64,000 nt of DNA from Spirochaetia bacterium (lineage in GTDB: Bacteria; Spirochaetota; Spirochaetia; SZUA-6; Bin103): positions 320,001-384,000 of the forward strand of contig CBDBOV010000001.1 of NCBI GenBank assembly GCA_965208575.1, given 5' to 3'. Within the stretch, counting starts at the first letter, position 1. Each line of letters starts with the position of its first letter. The notes beneath the pieces are model-generated. The model worked only from the letters and a program-made list of their open reading frames with translations. It searched no databases and had not been told where the DNA came from. Positions 19,918 to 29,682 of the stretch are shown here, piece by piece. The position numbers and the translations under genes were made by a program.

Positions 19918-20550
19918 GTGCATAGATTGAACTACACACTGGTGTCGGACGGGACGTCTGATCGCGCACTGTTACCGATTCTGTCGTGGCTGCTGCGGGG
20001 CTTTTGCGGTTCGCTGCCCATCCAGCCGGAAATTGCTGATCTGAGAAGGCTGAGAAATCCTCCAAGATCGCTTGTGGACCGCATTGAGCGGAGCATCGAA
20101 CTCTATCCATGCGATCTGCTCTTCGTGCACCGGGACGCGGAGGGAGCTGCCTTCGAGGATCGGCTAGCGGAGATCACAGCGGCTCTGAGTGAGAGTTTGG
20201 CGACTGCAATGCCTGCGGTATGCATAGTTCCCGTGCGCATGTCGGAGGCGTGGTTGCTCATCGACGAGAGCGCGCTTCGACATGCAGCGGGCAATCCCAA
20301 CGGTAGCGTACGCCTGAATTTGCCGAGTCCGCATCGACTCGAACAGTTGCCAGATCCCAAACGAGTTCTTCACGAGGTCTTGCGGCGGGCAAGCGGGCTG
20401 CGCGGCCGCCGCCTTACTAGCTTCAACCGTCGGTTACACCGATGTCGCGTAGCTGATTGGATCGATGACTTTAGCTCCCTATATGGTCTCCCTGCATTCC
20501 AGCGCTTGTCAGCGGATTTGAGGCAGGTCGTAACCTCGAACGGCTGGTGA
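19918..20550 (+). CDS. DUF4276/TOPRIM-like protein
   Basis: LVSDGTSD, LFVHRDAE, VPVRMSEAWLLID, PDPKRVL pattern; 9 bp after the ATPase. Confidence 0.7.
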   Translation: MHRLNYTLVSDGTSDRALLPILSWLLRGFCGSLPIQPEIADLRRLRNPPRSLVDRIERSIELYPCDLLFVHRDAEGAAFEDRLAEITAALSESLATAMPAVCIVPVRMSEAWLLIDESALRHAAGNPNGSVRLNLPSPHRLEQLPDPKRVLHEVLRRASGLRGRRLTSFNRRLHRCRVADWIDDFSSLYGLPAFQRLSADLRQVVTSNGW

Positions 20551-20716
20551 CCAGTGGCGGGAAGTCGGCATTTCCCCCGAGCTGATCGAACGATTTCCCG
20601 AGTTGCATGTCGTTCTCGGTATGGATTCGGCGTATCCGGCGCCCAGCACCGGCGAGTCCCCTCTGAACGAACGGGTCGAGCCGTTCATGAAGCTCGGCCA
20701 GGACAAGTTCGCGTGA
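20549..20716 (+). pseudogene. Orphan C-terminal gene fragment
   Basis: Start-less frame DQWREVGISPELIERFPELHVVLGMDSAYPAPS...KFA* with host-like codon use. Confidence 0.4.
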
Positions 20717-20787
20717 GGTGAGCAGGACTTGATGGCTCAATCGGGGTATATTCCGATTTAGTCGAACTATTTCGGAGTACATTACGA

Positions 20788-21956
20788 ATGGGTCAGTATC
20801 AGCGTGTCCTCGACATCGACCTTCCGCAGGGCCAGTCGGCGTTCCTGTGGGGTCCCCGCAAGACCGGCAAGTCGACGCTGCTGCGGGAGCTGTTCCCGCA
20901 CTCCGCCCGCTTCGACCTGCTCGATACCCGGTTGATGCTGGAGTTCACGCGGGCTCCGTGGACGCTTGCGGACCGCGTCCGCGCGCTCGACCCGGCCGCC
21001 AGGGCGCATCCGATCATCATCGACGAGGTGCAGAAGGTGCCGGCGCTCCTTGACGAAGTGCATCGCATGATTGAGGGCGACCGCCTGAGCTTCGTGCTGT
21101 GCGGCTCCAGCGCTCGCAAGGTGAGCGCGGGCGAGCCAACCTGCTCGGCGGCCGGGCATGGGGCTTCCGGCTGCATCCGCTGAGTTGGCGCGAGATTCCG
21201 GAGTTCGACCTGCTGCGCGCGCTCAATCGCGGACTCGTGCCGCAGCACTACGACTCCGCGCGGCACCGGCGGGCGCTGTCCGGGTACGTGGACACCTACC
21301 TCAAGGAGGAGGTGTTCGACGAGGGGCTGACCCGCAACGTGGCAGCGTTCTCACGCTTCTTCGACGCGCTGTCGTTCTGCCACGGCGAGCTGCTGAACTA
21401 CAGCAACGTGGCGCGTGACTGCGGCGTCGACTCCAAGACGGTGCGCGAGTATTTCCAGATTCTCGTGGATACCCTGCTCGGTGTGTTCGTGGAGCCGTTC
21501 AGCGGGCGGCCCCGCTCGCGAGCGGTGATCGTGCGGGCGCCGAAGTTCTACCTGTTCGACGTCGGCGTCGCCGGCCACCCGACCGGGCGCCGCATCGGGC
21601 AGGCCGCGGGCCCGGACTTCGGGCGCGCCCTCGAGCACTTCGTGCTGATGGAACTGCTCGCCTGCCGCAGCTACCGGGAGTGCGACTACGAGGTGCGCTT
21701 CTGGCGCACCAGGTCGGGCCTGGAGTGCGACTTCGTGCTCGGGCGGGAGGGCGAGGTGGCCATCGAGGTCAAGGGCAGCGCCAACCCCGGCCCGGGAGAC
21801 CTTCGGGCACTGCGTGCTTACGTGCGGGATCATCGTCCCCGTCTCGCCGCCCTGGTCTGCAACGCGAGCGCTCCACGGCGCACACCCGACGGCATCGACA
21901 TTCTGCCCTGGGAAGTGTTCCTGGAACGGCTGTGGGCCGGCACGATCATGGCATGA
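20788..21956 (+). pseudogene. AAA_14 + DUF4143 ATPase, -1 frameshift near 21124
   Basis: GPRKTGKST, IIDEVQK, CGSSARK | RGRANLLGGRA, PKFYLFDVG, ECDFVL, AIEVK. Confidence 0.82.
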
Positions 21957-22018
21957 CGCGCGTTGTGGATAACGCACTGCCGGCGACTGCCGGGCACGCA
22001 GGTTGAGAGGCCATCATT

Positions 22019-23242
22019 TCAGGATGCCGTTGATGAACCACCCAGCATGCCGAGCAGGACCTCTGCCGCCCTATCGGCGAAGGCCGGATCGTTGATGTTG
22101 CAGTCCAGCTCCACGACTTCGATGCCCGGCTTCAGGTTGTTCTTGATGGCCTGGAAGCAGGCGCGGTCGGCATCCGGATCCCAGAAGGCGCCGCCCTCGG
22201 TGTCGAGCATCGACACACCGCCCAGTGGCAGGAGGATAGCCACCGGCGCCGTCGACGCGTTAGCCGCAGCGGCGATCAACTCGCCGATACGCCTGTTCTC
22301 GTCTGCATTGGTGCGGAGCAGGGTGGCGGTCGGCGTCCACTGAAACAGATTGCGCTCCCGGTACCGCTCGGGCACGGAGTCGAGGGCGCCGAAGTTGGCC
22401 ATATCCACACAGCCCGGCGCGATGACCGCCGGTATCCCGGCCCGCGAGGCGGCCATGCAGCGCTCCGGCCCGGCGCTCGCCCCGCCGCCGCACACCTCGT
22501 CGGCCAACTCGGTGGTGGTGATGTCGAGGCAGGCGACGATGTAGCCGTCCGCGATCATGCCCTCCATGGTCTGTCCGCCGATGCCGGTGGCATGGAACAC
22601 CAGCACCTCGTAGCCGTGGTCGGTGAGCACGCCGCGGGCGCGGTCGACGCAGGCCGTCGTGTTGCCGAACATCGACGCGGTAATCAGCGGCTTGTCCAGC
22701 TCACTGGCAGGAGGCTCCACGCCGAGCATGCCGGCGATGGCGCCAACCGCGTTGGCGTACACCCTGGCGCTGATGCGGTTGATGCCGGCCACGTCGACGA
22801 TCGACGGCATCATGATGATGTCCTTCGGGCCGACGAAGGCGCGCACGTTGCCACCGGCGACGGTGGAGACCATCACCTTGGGCACGCCGAAGGGCAGCGC
22901 GCGCATGCCCGTCGTGGCGATCGAGGTGCCACCACCGCCGCCCATGCCCAGGATCGCATCCAGCCGGCCCTCGTCGTACAGCCGTCGTACCACCACCGCC
23001 AGGCCCTCGGCCATGATCGGCATCGCCTCTTCGCGCAGCTTGTTGCGACGCAGGTACTCGAGATCGCCGCCGCCGGCCCGCGCCACCTCCTCGCGGCTTA
23101 CATCCGCAGGAATGGTCGGCTCACCCAGGATGCCGAAGTCGACGACCAGGGCGGCCAGCCCCTGCTGCTCGACCAGGTCCTTCACGAAGGCGAGCTCCGG
23201 GCCCTTCGTGTCCAGGGCGCCGACGATGACGACGGCCTTCAC
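22019..23242 (-). CDS. Tm-1-like ATP-binding domain protein (UPF0261)
   Basis: GALDTKGPE, GGGGGT, LPFGVPKVMVST, SMFGNTT, VFHATG, CNINDPAFA. Confidence 0.92.
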   Translation of the reverse strand: MKAVVIVGALDTKGPELAFVKDLVEQQGLAALVVDFGILGEPTIPADVSREEVARAGGGDLEYLRRNKLREEAMPIMAEGLAVVVRRLYDEGRLDAILGMGGGGGTSIATTGMRALPFGVPKVMVSTVAGGNVRAFVGPKDIIMMPSIVDVAGINRISARVYANAVGAIAGMLGVEPPASELDKPLITASMFGNTTACVDRARGVLTDHGYEVLVFHATGIGGQTMEGMIADGYIVACLDITTTELADEVCGGGASAGPERCMAASRAGIPAVIAPGCVDMANFGALDSVPERYRERNLFQWTPTATLLRTNADENRRIGELIAAAANASTAPVAILLPLGGVSMLDTEGGAFWDPDADRACFQAIKNNLKPGIEVVELDCNINDPAFADRAAEVLLGMLGGSSTAS

Positions 23243-23244
23243 GC

Positions 23245-24129
23245 TCAGGTCGTCGCGGCTTCCGAGAGGCTTGCCTTCCGTTGCTTGATCGCGTGGCTCT
23301 TGAACCCTTGCAGCGCTCCCATCACGGCCTTCTCCACGGGGATACGCTCGATGCTCGAAGCTCCGACGAATCCCTGGGCGTCGGTCTGCGCGTACAGCGC
23401 CGCGGTGTCCGCGGGTTCGGCAAAGGGTCCACCGTGCGCCAGGCAGATGGCGTCCGCGTCCACCGCCCAGGCCCCCTCCATGATCTCCTGGGCGCTGCTC
23501 AGAGCCTCGGTCATCGGACTGGCGGCGAAGCCGACCAGCCCGCCCGAGGTTCCGCCGACGTGGGCACATACCACGTCCACGCCCGCCTGCACCATCTCGG
23601 CCGCGTGCTCGGCCGAGTGGACATAGCACATGGTGAACAGGCCCCCCTCCCTGAACGTCCGTATCATCTCGACCTCGCGCGCGAAGCCCCAGGGTATGCC
23701 GAGGTTGCGCCCGGTCTGCCGGTTCTGTACCAGGGTGTGTGGGTTGAAGGTCTCGCCGTGTCCCTGGGTGGGAAAGTTGATGACCCCGTCGTAGCCCTGG
23801 TCCACGAATCGGCGACACAGCTCATCCAGATCGTAGACCGTCTGGTCGCACGCCTCCACGCCGGCAATGATCGGCGTGTCCCTCACCACGTTGCTGATCT
23901 CGTCGTACATGCTCAGCGTCTGTGGATTGGCGTGATCGATGTTGATCGTCTGCAGCCCGCGTATGCGGGACTGACCGGTGCTGTAGCAGATGATCAGATC
24001 AGCGCCGCCGAGCTCGGCCGCCCGCGCGATGAGGCCGGCGCTGCAGCCGGCCCCGATGATCGGCTTGCCGGTGGCGATCGTGTCCCGCAGCCGCGCGACG
24101 ATCTCGTTTCGTGCGAACCTCTTCTTCAT
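23245..24129 (-). CDS. TIM-barrel signal-transduction / PEP-hydrolase family protein
   Basis: PIIGAGCSAGL, GGADLIICYS, GVINFPT, HGGP, GFVGASSIERIPVE. Confidence 0.9.
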   Translation of the reverse strand: MKKRFARNEIVARLRDTIATGKPIIGAGCSAGLIARAAELGGADLIICYSTGQSRIRGLQTINIDHANPQTLSMYDEISNVVRDTPIIAGVEACDQTVYDLDELCRRFVDQGYDGVINFPTQGHGETFNPHTLVQNRQTGRNLGIPWGFAREVEMIRTFREGGLFTMCYVHSAEHAAEMVQAGVDVVCAHVGGTSGGLVGFAASPMTEALSSAQEIMEGAWAVDADAICLAHGGPFAEPADTAALYAQTDAQGFVGASSIERIPVEKAVMGALQGFKSHAIKQRKASLSEAATT

Positions 24130-24160
24130 GTAATCAAATCCTTCGATTAAGTCTTTCGAA

Positions 24161-24850
24161 TCAGATTCTTCGTGATACCCAGTGGATTCCGCGTTGGAGG
24201 ACCTGCCGGAATCCGGGCTCCTGCCAGGTTTGGTTGTCGTGGCCAGACTGGAAACAGAACACACGGGCCTGCTTGTGCTCGCGGGTCCACCCGATCGTGC
24301 GCATACTCTTCGCGTGTGCGGTGGTAAGCAGGATCTCGCTCCCCTCTTGCGCATCCGCCATGGTGTAGGTCTCGTCGCCCATTTCCCACGACGCGATGCC
24401 CTCGGTAATCGGGTGCCGAGTGTCGGCAACGTCGATCCGCAGATGCTGATCGAAATGGGCCGCGAATGAGCGGTCCTCGATGCCGACCAGCTGGTTGAGT
24501 AGGGACCAGTCCGGATACGCGAGCAGGGCATGATGGAGAACCACGATGCCCTGTTGCGTGTCGCCCAGGTGCTCGATCGCCGCCCGCGGTTTTCTGGCAA
24601 AGAACCAGGGCTCTTCCGCGTCCTGAGGCTCCCCCCTTCCCGCATCGCCGACAGAATAGGGATGAACAAAAAAGTACAGCACCACCGCGTCGTAGGAGTC
24701 TCGCTCGGCTTGTGTTGCACAGGCGAAATCGTCCAGGTGCTGTATGTAGCAGTCGACGCCCTCCAGTCCTCTAAACAGGTGATGGAAATCCACCACACTG
24801 AAGCCGTGGGCTCCGGTGACTACCGCGGTCTTGATCGCGCCGCCGTTCAT
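24161..24850 (-). CDS. ThuA-like domain protein
   Basis: VTGAHGF, GIVVLHHA, HPITEG..WEMGDETY, RVFCFQSGHD. Confidence 0.8.
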   Translation of the reverse strand: MNGGAIKTAVVTGAHGFSVVDFHHLFRGLEGVDCYIQHLDDFACATQAERDSYDAVVLYFFVHPYSVGDAGRGEPQDAEEPWFFARKPRAAIEHLGDTQQGIVVLHHALLAYPDWSLLNQLVGIEDRSFAAHFDQHLRIDVADTRHPITEGIASWEMGDETYTMADAQEGSEILLTTAHAKSMRTIGWTREHKQARVFCFQSGHDNQTWQEPGFRQVLQRGIHWVSRRI

Positions 24851-26826
24851 AGCGTACTTCCCACCACGTAGCCCTCGAGGATCGCGTCATGGATGCCGCG
24901 CGGTTGCTTGCCATCACCGATCAGATGCACGTCGGACAGCTCCTGCAGCAGAGACCTGTAGAGCGCATTGTCAGCCTGCATGCCGGCCGCCAACACCACC
25001 GTGTCACAGGCGAACGTGCGGGTGCCGGAGATACGATCAACGGCAATCAGCTCGCCGTCTCGCGCCTCCTGCACCATAGTGTCGGCGGCGATGTTGACCT
25101 TGCTATCGGCCAGCATATCCAGGAGCATCGATCGGTTGATGCCGACTGCATCGCTGGCAAGAGCAGATGCCTGCTCCAGGAGCGTCACCTCCTTCCCCTG
25201 CTGCGCCAACCACAGGGCCGCGTGGCATCCGGCGTGACCACCACCGATCACCGCGATGTGCTCCCCCGCCTTCGCGGGGTCCAGATAGAGCTCGCTGCAC
25301 GTGTGCGCCGGTGCCTGGCTGATGCCCGGGATTTCGGGAACCTGGTAGGTCGAGCCGGTCGCCACGATCACCACATCGGCATCCTCCTCTCTGAGTAGCT
25401 CAGCGGTCACCGCGGTGCCGAGCTTGATCTCGACCGCTGATTGGTCGAGTTGCCTCTTGTACCAATCCAACAGCCGCCTGATATCCAGGTTGAAATCCGG
25501 GACCGAGATCGCTATCAGGTGTCCGCCAAGATCTGCGGCTTGTTCATACAGCGTTACCGCGTGGCCCCGCGACCACGCCATCCTCGCCGCCTCCATGCCC
25601 GCGACCCCGCCACCGACGACGACGACTTTCCGCGGCCGAGCCGGGGGGCTCAGCGCCGGCGCTGCGGCTTTTGCTCTGCCGCAGGCCGGATTCACCGAAC
25701 AACTGAGGTGAGCACCCGCGAGCGGTCGGTGCAGACAGCCGTCATGACAGCCGATACATGGACGCACATCCTCGGTCCTGCCCTCGAACACCTTCTTGGG
25801 CCACTCGGGGTCGGCGAGCAGTGCTCTGCCCAGCACGATGATGTCCGCCTTGTCCTGATTCAGCACCTCCTCGGCCACTGCGGGCAGGCCCAACCTGCTG
25901 GCCGCGAGAATCGGGATGCGAACCGCCTCTTTTACCTGCTTGACCAGATCGGCGGTGAAACCATGCGCGAAATAGTTTGGTGGATGAGCGTAGTAGCTAC
26001 TATCGTAGCAGCCGGTATCGAGATCGAGGCCGTCGTAGCCAGCCTCTTCGAGCAGCCTGGCCATCTCGATCGACTCGGGGAGGTCGCGTCCCAGCTCGGT
26101 GTCTCCGTGCAGGGATGCTCGCCACGGCTCGGCGATGAAGTGTTTGACGCCGAACCGGTAGGTGACGGCCAGGTCGGGCGCTCTTTCTTTGATGGCGCCC
26201 AGTATTTCGATGGGAAACGTCAGCCGGCCTGGCAGGTCGCCGCCATATTTGTCGGTTCGATTGTTCCACAGCGCGGTAGCGAACTGATCGATCAGGTAGC
26301 CCTCGTGGCCGTGCACCTCGATGCCATCGAATCCCGCGCTGGCGACCAGCTCCGCCGCGCGGCCAAACGCCGCGACGATCTGCGCGACCTCGTCGGTTGC
26401 CAGGGCGCGGCAGGTCACATCCGGCACGAAATGGGCTTGATTGGCCGAGGCCGAAACTGGCGTGATGCCGGACTTGATTACGTTGCCCCCGGTTACGCGA
26501 CCCGGGCCGGCGCTCAGCTGAATAAAGACCTTCACCCCATACGCGTGAGCGTAGTCAGTCAGCTCGTGGTACTCCGGCAAGGACTTCTCGGTAAGCATGG
26601 GCCACACGAACAACCCGTTCGCCATGCACTGCTCGATCTGGTTTTCTACCTTGAAGACACCGGTAATGAGGTGGCCCACGCCGCCTTTGGCTATTTCCAC
26701 GTAGTAGTCGACACATCGCTGCGTTATCGTGCCGAAGGTGGGATCCATCTGATGGAAGTTGTTGATCGGGGCCAGGGCCACCCTGTTCTTGAGCCACACG
26801 TTGCCGATGGATATCGGCTCGAACAT
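24847..26826 (-). CDS. NADH:flavin oxidoreductase (OYE + Fe-S/FAD; enoate reductase/BaiH-like)
   Basis: LKNRVALAP, GFDGIEVHGHEGYLIDQF, CIGCHDGC...CSVNP, VVGGGVAG. Confidence 0.92.
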   Translation of the reverse strand: MFEPISIGNVWLKNRVALAPINNFHQMDPTFGTITQRCVDYYVEIAKGGVGHLITGVFKVENQIEQCMANGLFVWPMLTEKSLPEYHELTDYAHAYGVKVFIQLSAGPGRVTGGNVIKSGITPVSASANQAHFVPDVTCRALATDEVAQIVAAFGRAAELVASAGFDGIEVHGHEGYLIDQFATALWNNRTDKYGGDLPGRLTFPIEILGAIKERAPDLAVTYRFGVKHFIAEPWRASLHGDTELGRDLPESIEMARLLEEAGYDGLDLDTGCYDSSYYAHPPNYFAHGFTADLVKQVKEAVRIPILAASRLGLPAVAEEVLNQDKADIIVLGRALLADPEWPKKVFEGRTEDVRPCIGCHDGCLHRPLAGAHLSCSVNPACGRAKAAAPALSPPARPRKVVVVGGGVAGMEAARMAWSRGHAVTLYEQAADLGGHLIAISVPDFNLDIRRLLDWYKRQLDQSAVEIKLGTAVTAELLREEDADVVIVATGSTYQVPEIPGISQAPAHTCSELYLDPAKAGEHIAVIGGGHAGCHAALWLAQQGKEVTLLEQASALASDAVGINRSMLLDMLADSKVNIAADTMVQEARDGELIAVDRISGTRTFACDTVVLAAGMQADNALYRSLLQELSDVHLIGDGKQPRGIHDAILEGYVVGSTL

Positions 26827-26857
26827 CTTGCGGCGTTCGCCCACCCGAGCGGTCACC

Positions 26858-27625
26858 TCAGTAGCCCCTGACCATCGTACCGCCGTCCACCATCAGATTC
26901 TCGCCGGTGATGAACGACGCGTCATCCGACACCAGGAAAAGGGCGGCTTTGGCAAGGTCCGCTACGTCACACGCACGGCCCATTGGCGTCTCCCGCGAGA
27001 CGAAATCGTTCCAGTTGTCAGCGTCGCCCTCCCGCCACTTCGCGTGCATCGGTGTCGCGCCGATGCACGGACTGACGGAGTTGCAGCGTATGCCATTGCC
27101 GACGTAGTCCATGGCGATAGCGCGGGTAAACGCTACGATCGCGCCCTTCGTGGCGCAGTACACAGCCACATTGCGATTACCGCGAAAAGCGCTGTCGGAC
27201 CCGGTGCTCAAGATGGCGCCACCCCCACTCGCGATCATCGCCGGTACGGCGTGTTTGGTACCCAGCACCGCACCTTTGAGGTTTACCGCGAGCAGCCTGT
27301 CGATGTCCTCCTCGGTGACCTCCTGGAGTTTCGCCGTCGGTCCGAGGATACCGGCGTTGTTGAACAGAATGTCCAACTTTCCGTAGACGCCCACCGCCTG
27401 CTTGACCATGTTCGCAGCGTCGCCCTCTTTGGTGACATCCGTCTTCACGAAGATGGCTGCGCCGCCGCCATCTTGTATGGCCTTTGCGACCTTCTCGCCA
27501 GCCTCGACGAGCACGTCAGCGATAACCACCTTGGCGCCCTCCTGCGCCCAGAGATAGGCGGTGGCCTCGCCAAACCCGCTGCTCGCTCCCGTCACGATAG
27601 CTACCTTGTCTTCTAGTTTGCCCAC
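26858..27625 (-). CDS. Short-chain dehydrogenase/reductase
   Basis: TGASSGFG, NNAG, YCATK, VDGG. Confidence 0.93.
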   Translation of the reverse strand: MGKLEDKVAIVTGASSGFGEATAYLWAQEGAKVVIADVLVEAGEKVAKAIQDGGGAAIFVKTDVTKEGDAANMVKQAVGVYGKLDILFNNAGILGPTAKLQEVTEEDIDRLLAVNLKGAVLGTKHAVPAMIASGGGAILSTGSDSAFRGNRNVAVYCATKGAIVAFTRAIAMDYVGNGIRCNSVSPCIGATPMHAKWREGDADNWNDFVSRETPMGRACDVADLAKAALFLVSDDASFITGENLMVDGGTMVRGY

Positions 27626-27761
27626 TTAGATCTTGGCTCCCCCCTCAGCGTAGCCTGTTTGGCACGAAGTTCTTGACAACGTCCGATCCGGTGCAGTCCG
27701 CAGCGCCGGTTGTGGCGACAGGGCCGTCCAGCGATGCCGTCGCGCCGACGGTGGAGCGACG

Positions 27762-28649
27762 CTATAAAGCACCGAGACGACCGCCACCGCCGCGCAGCCG
27801 CGGGTCGAGCAGATCCCGCAGCGCGTCGCCGAACATGTTGAGGCTGTAAACGGTAATCGTCAGCGCAAGACCGGGCCAGAGACCCAGCCACGGCGCCACC
27901 TCCATGTACCGACGCCCTTCCCGGCTGAGCAGACCTCCCCAGCTAGGGATCTGGGCTGGCAGACCGAATCCGAGGAAGCTCAGAGAAGCCTCAGAGATAA
28001 TAATTCCCCCGATGTTGATGCTGAATATGATGATTGCCACAGGCATGATATTGGGCAGGACATGTTGGCTAAATGTTCTCCATTTCGAACAGCCAATCGA
28101 CTCCGCCGCCTGGAAATAGTCATTCTCCTTTACTACGATAACGGCGCCTCTTACTGTTCTCGAGCCGACGATGCCTCCTGCTATCCCCAGCGTCACTATC
28201 ATCTGTGGTAAACCGCGTCCGACAATGGACATCACGGTCAACAATAGGAGGAGTCCCGGGAAGGCCATCCAGGCATCGACGAATCTCTGCACAGCCAGGT
28301 CAAATCTGCCACCAATGAATCCTGACGTGCCGCCTAGCAGGACAGCCACCACAACATTGATACTGGTCGCCGCCAGGCCGACAAGCAGCGAAATGCGAGC
28401 CCCATAGATAATACGGCTCAGGAAGTCTCGCCCCAAATGGTCGGTACCGAGCAGATACCGGGCTGATGAGCCCTGTAGCGTGTCTGCCGGGTGCACTTCC
28501 GAATACCCATAAGGGGCCAGAACATCGGCAAAGACAGCCACTAGAATCAATATCAATACAAAAACACCACATGCAGTACCGAGTGGCTTCTCTCTAATCA
28601 GCCTGATGAGGACATCAATCGACAGGGAGCGTCTCCTTGGACCGGCCAC
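27762..28649 (-). CDS. Peptide ABC permease (DppC-like)
   Basis: LGTDHLGRD, EASLSFLGFG, GDALRDLLDPR. Confidence 0.93.
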   Translation of the reverse strand: MAGPRRRSLSIDVLIRLIREKPLGTACGVFVLILILVAVFADVLAPYGYSEVHPADTLQGSSARYLLGTDHLGRDFLSRIIYGARISLLVGLAATSINVVVAVLLGGTSGFIGGRFDLAVQRFVDAWMAFPGLLLLLTVMSIVGRGLPQMIVTLGIAGGIVGSRTVRGAVIVVKENDYFQAAESIGCSKWRTFSQHVLPNIMPVAIIIFSINIGGIIISEASLSFLGFGLPAQIPSWGGLLSREGRRYMEVAPWLGLWPGLALTITVYSLNMFGDALRDLLDPRLRGGGGRLGAL

Positions 28650-28650
28650 T

Positions 28651-29607
28651 CTATGTATAGCGGACCCTTGGATCCAAAAAGGGATAAAGCAGGTCGATCA
28701 AGAGATTGATCCCTAACACCCCCGTGGCGAAAACCAGGTTCACTCCGGAGACCATTGGGTAGTCTCTACTATCGAGTCCTTCCAGCAGTAGACGACCCAG
28801 GCCCGGTAGGTTGAATATGTTCTCCATGATAACGGAACCGCCTACCAGGATAGGCAACTGCATACCTATCAGGGTAACTACCGGAATGACGGCGTTCTTG
28901 ACGGCGTGTCTGACGATGACGACCTTCTCCCGCAGACCCTTGGACCAGGCTGTCCGGATATAGTCCTGTCTGAGCACCTCCAGCATCATGGTGCGCGTCA
29001 TCCGCATGGTGGCTGCAGACATGCCCGTCCCCAGAATCAGGCTCGGAATGAGGAACATTCCAAGGTTACCCAGTGGGTCGTCGGCAAATCTGATCAGCTG
29101 CATCGGTGGCGCCCAGCCCCACCAGAGTGCCGGGTAGATCATGACCATAATTGCCAGCCAGAAGTTAGGCGTCGCCAGGCCGATGACGGCCGCCGTGCGC
29201 CCAGCGTAGTCGGCGACCGTATCCTGTCGAACGGCCGAGTAGATGCCTATCGGCAGCGCTATCAGTATCCCGATGACGAGCGCCATGACACCGAGCTCGA
29301 TGGTTACCGGTAGTCTAGCAAGAATCTCTTCCTCTACCGATGAACCGCCCAGCAGTGGGGTGCCGAGGGTGCCATGCAGGAGAATACCGCCCATCCACCG
29401 CCCGTACTGCACATAGACAGGCACGTCTAAACCCAGCATCTCCTCAATAGCTTCACGGTCCAACTGGGCATTCAAATAGTCGAGTTGGGATTGCATTATG
29501 TCTATGACATCGCCAGGGATGAAGCGGACCGAGAGAAAGACCAGGACGGTCACTATGAACAGGGTGGGGATGATCAGCAATATCCGCCTGATGATATAGC
29601 CCCTCAT
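28651..29607 (-). CDS. Peptide ABC permease (DppB-like)
   Basis: YIIRRILL, LEVLRQDYIRTAWSKGL, LDPRVRY. Confidence 0.93.
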   Translation of the reverse strand: MRGYIIRRILLIIPTLFIVTVLVFLSVRFIPGDVIDIMQSQLDYLNAQLDREAIEEMLGLDVPVYVQYGRWMGGILLHGTLGTPLLGGSSVEEEILARLPVTIELGVMALVIGILIALPIGIYSAVRQDTVADYAGRTAAVIGLATPNFWLAIMVMIYPALWWGWAPPMQLIRFADDPLGNLGMFLIPSLILGTGMSAATMRMTRTMMLEVLRQDYIRTAWSKGLREKVVIVRHAVKNAVIPVVTLIGMQLPILVGGSVIMENIFNLPGLGRLLLEGLDSRDYPMVSGVNLVFATGVLGINLLIDLLYPFLDPRVRYT

Positions 29608-29682
29608 CGACCCACCCAATACTCAATACTCAATTGAGAAAGGGAGCCGGAAGACTCGAGCTACCAGCTCCGTGTTCTCCTC

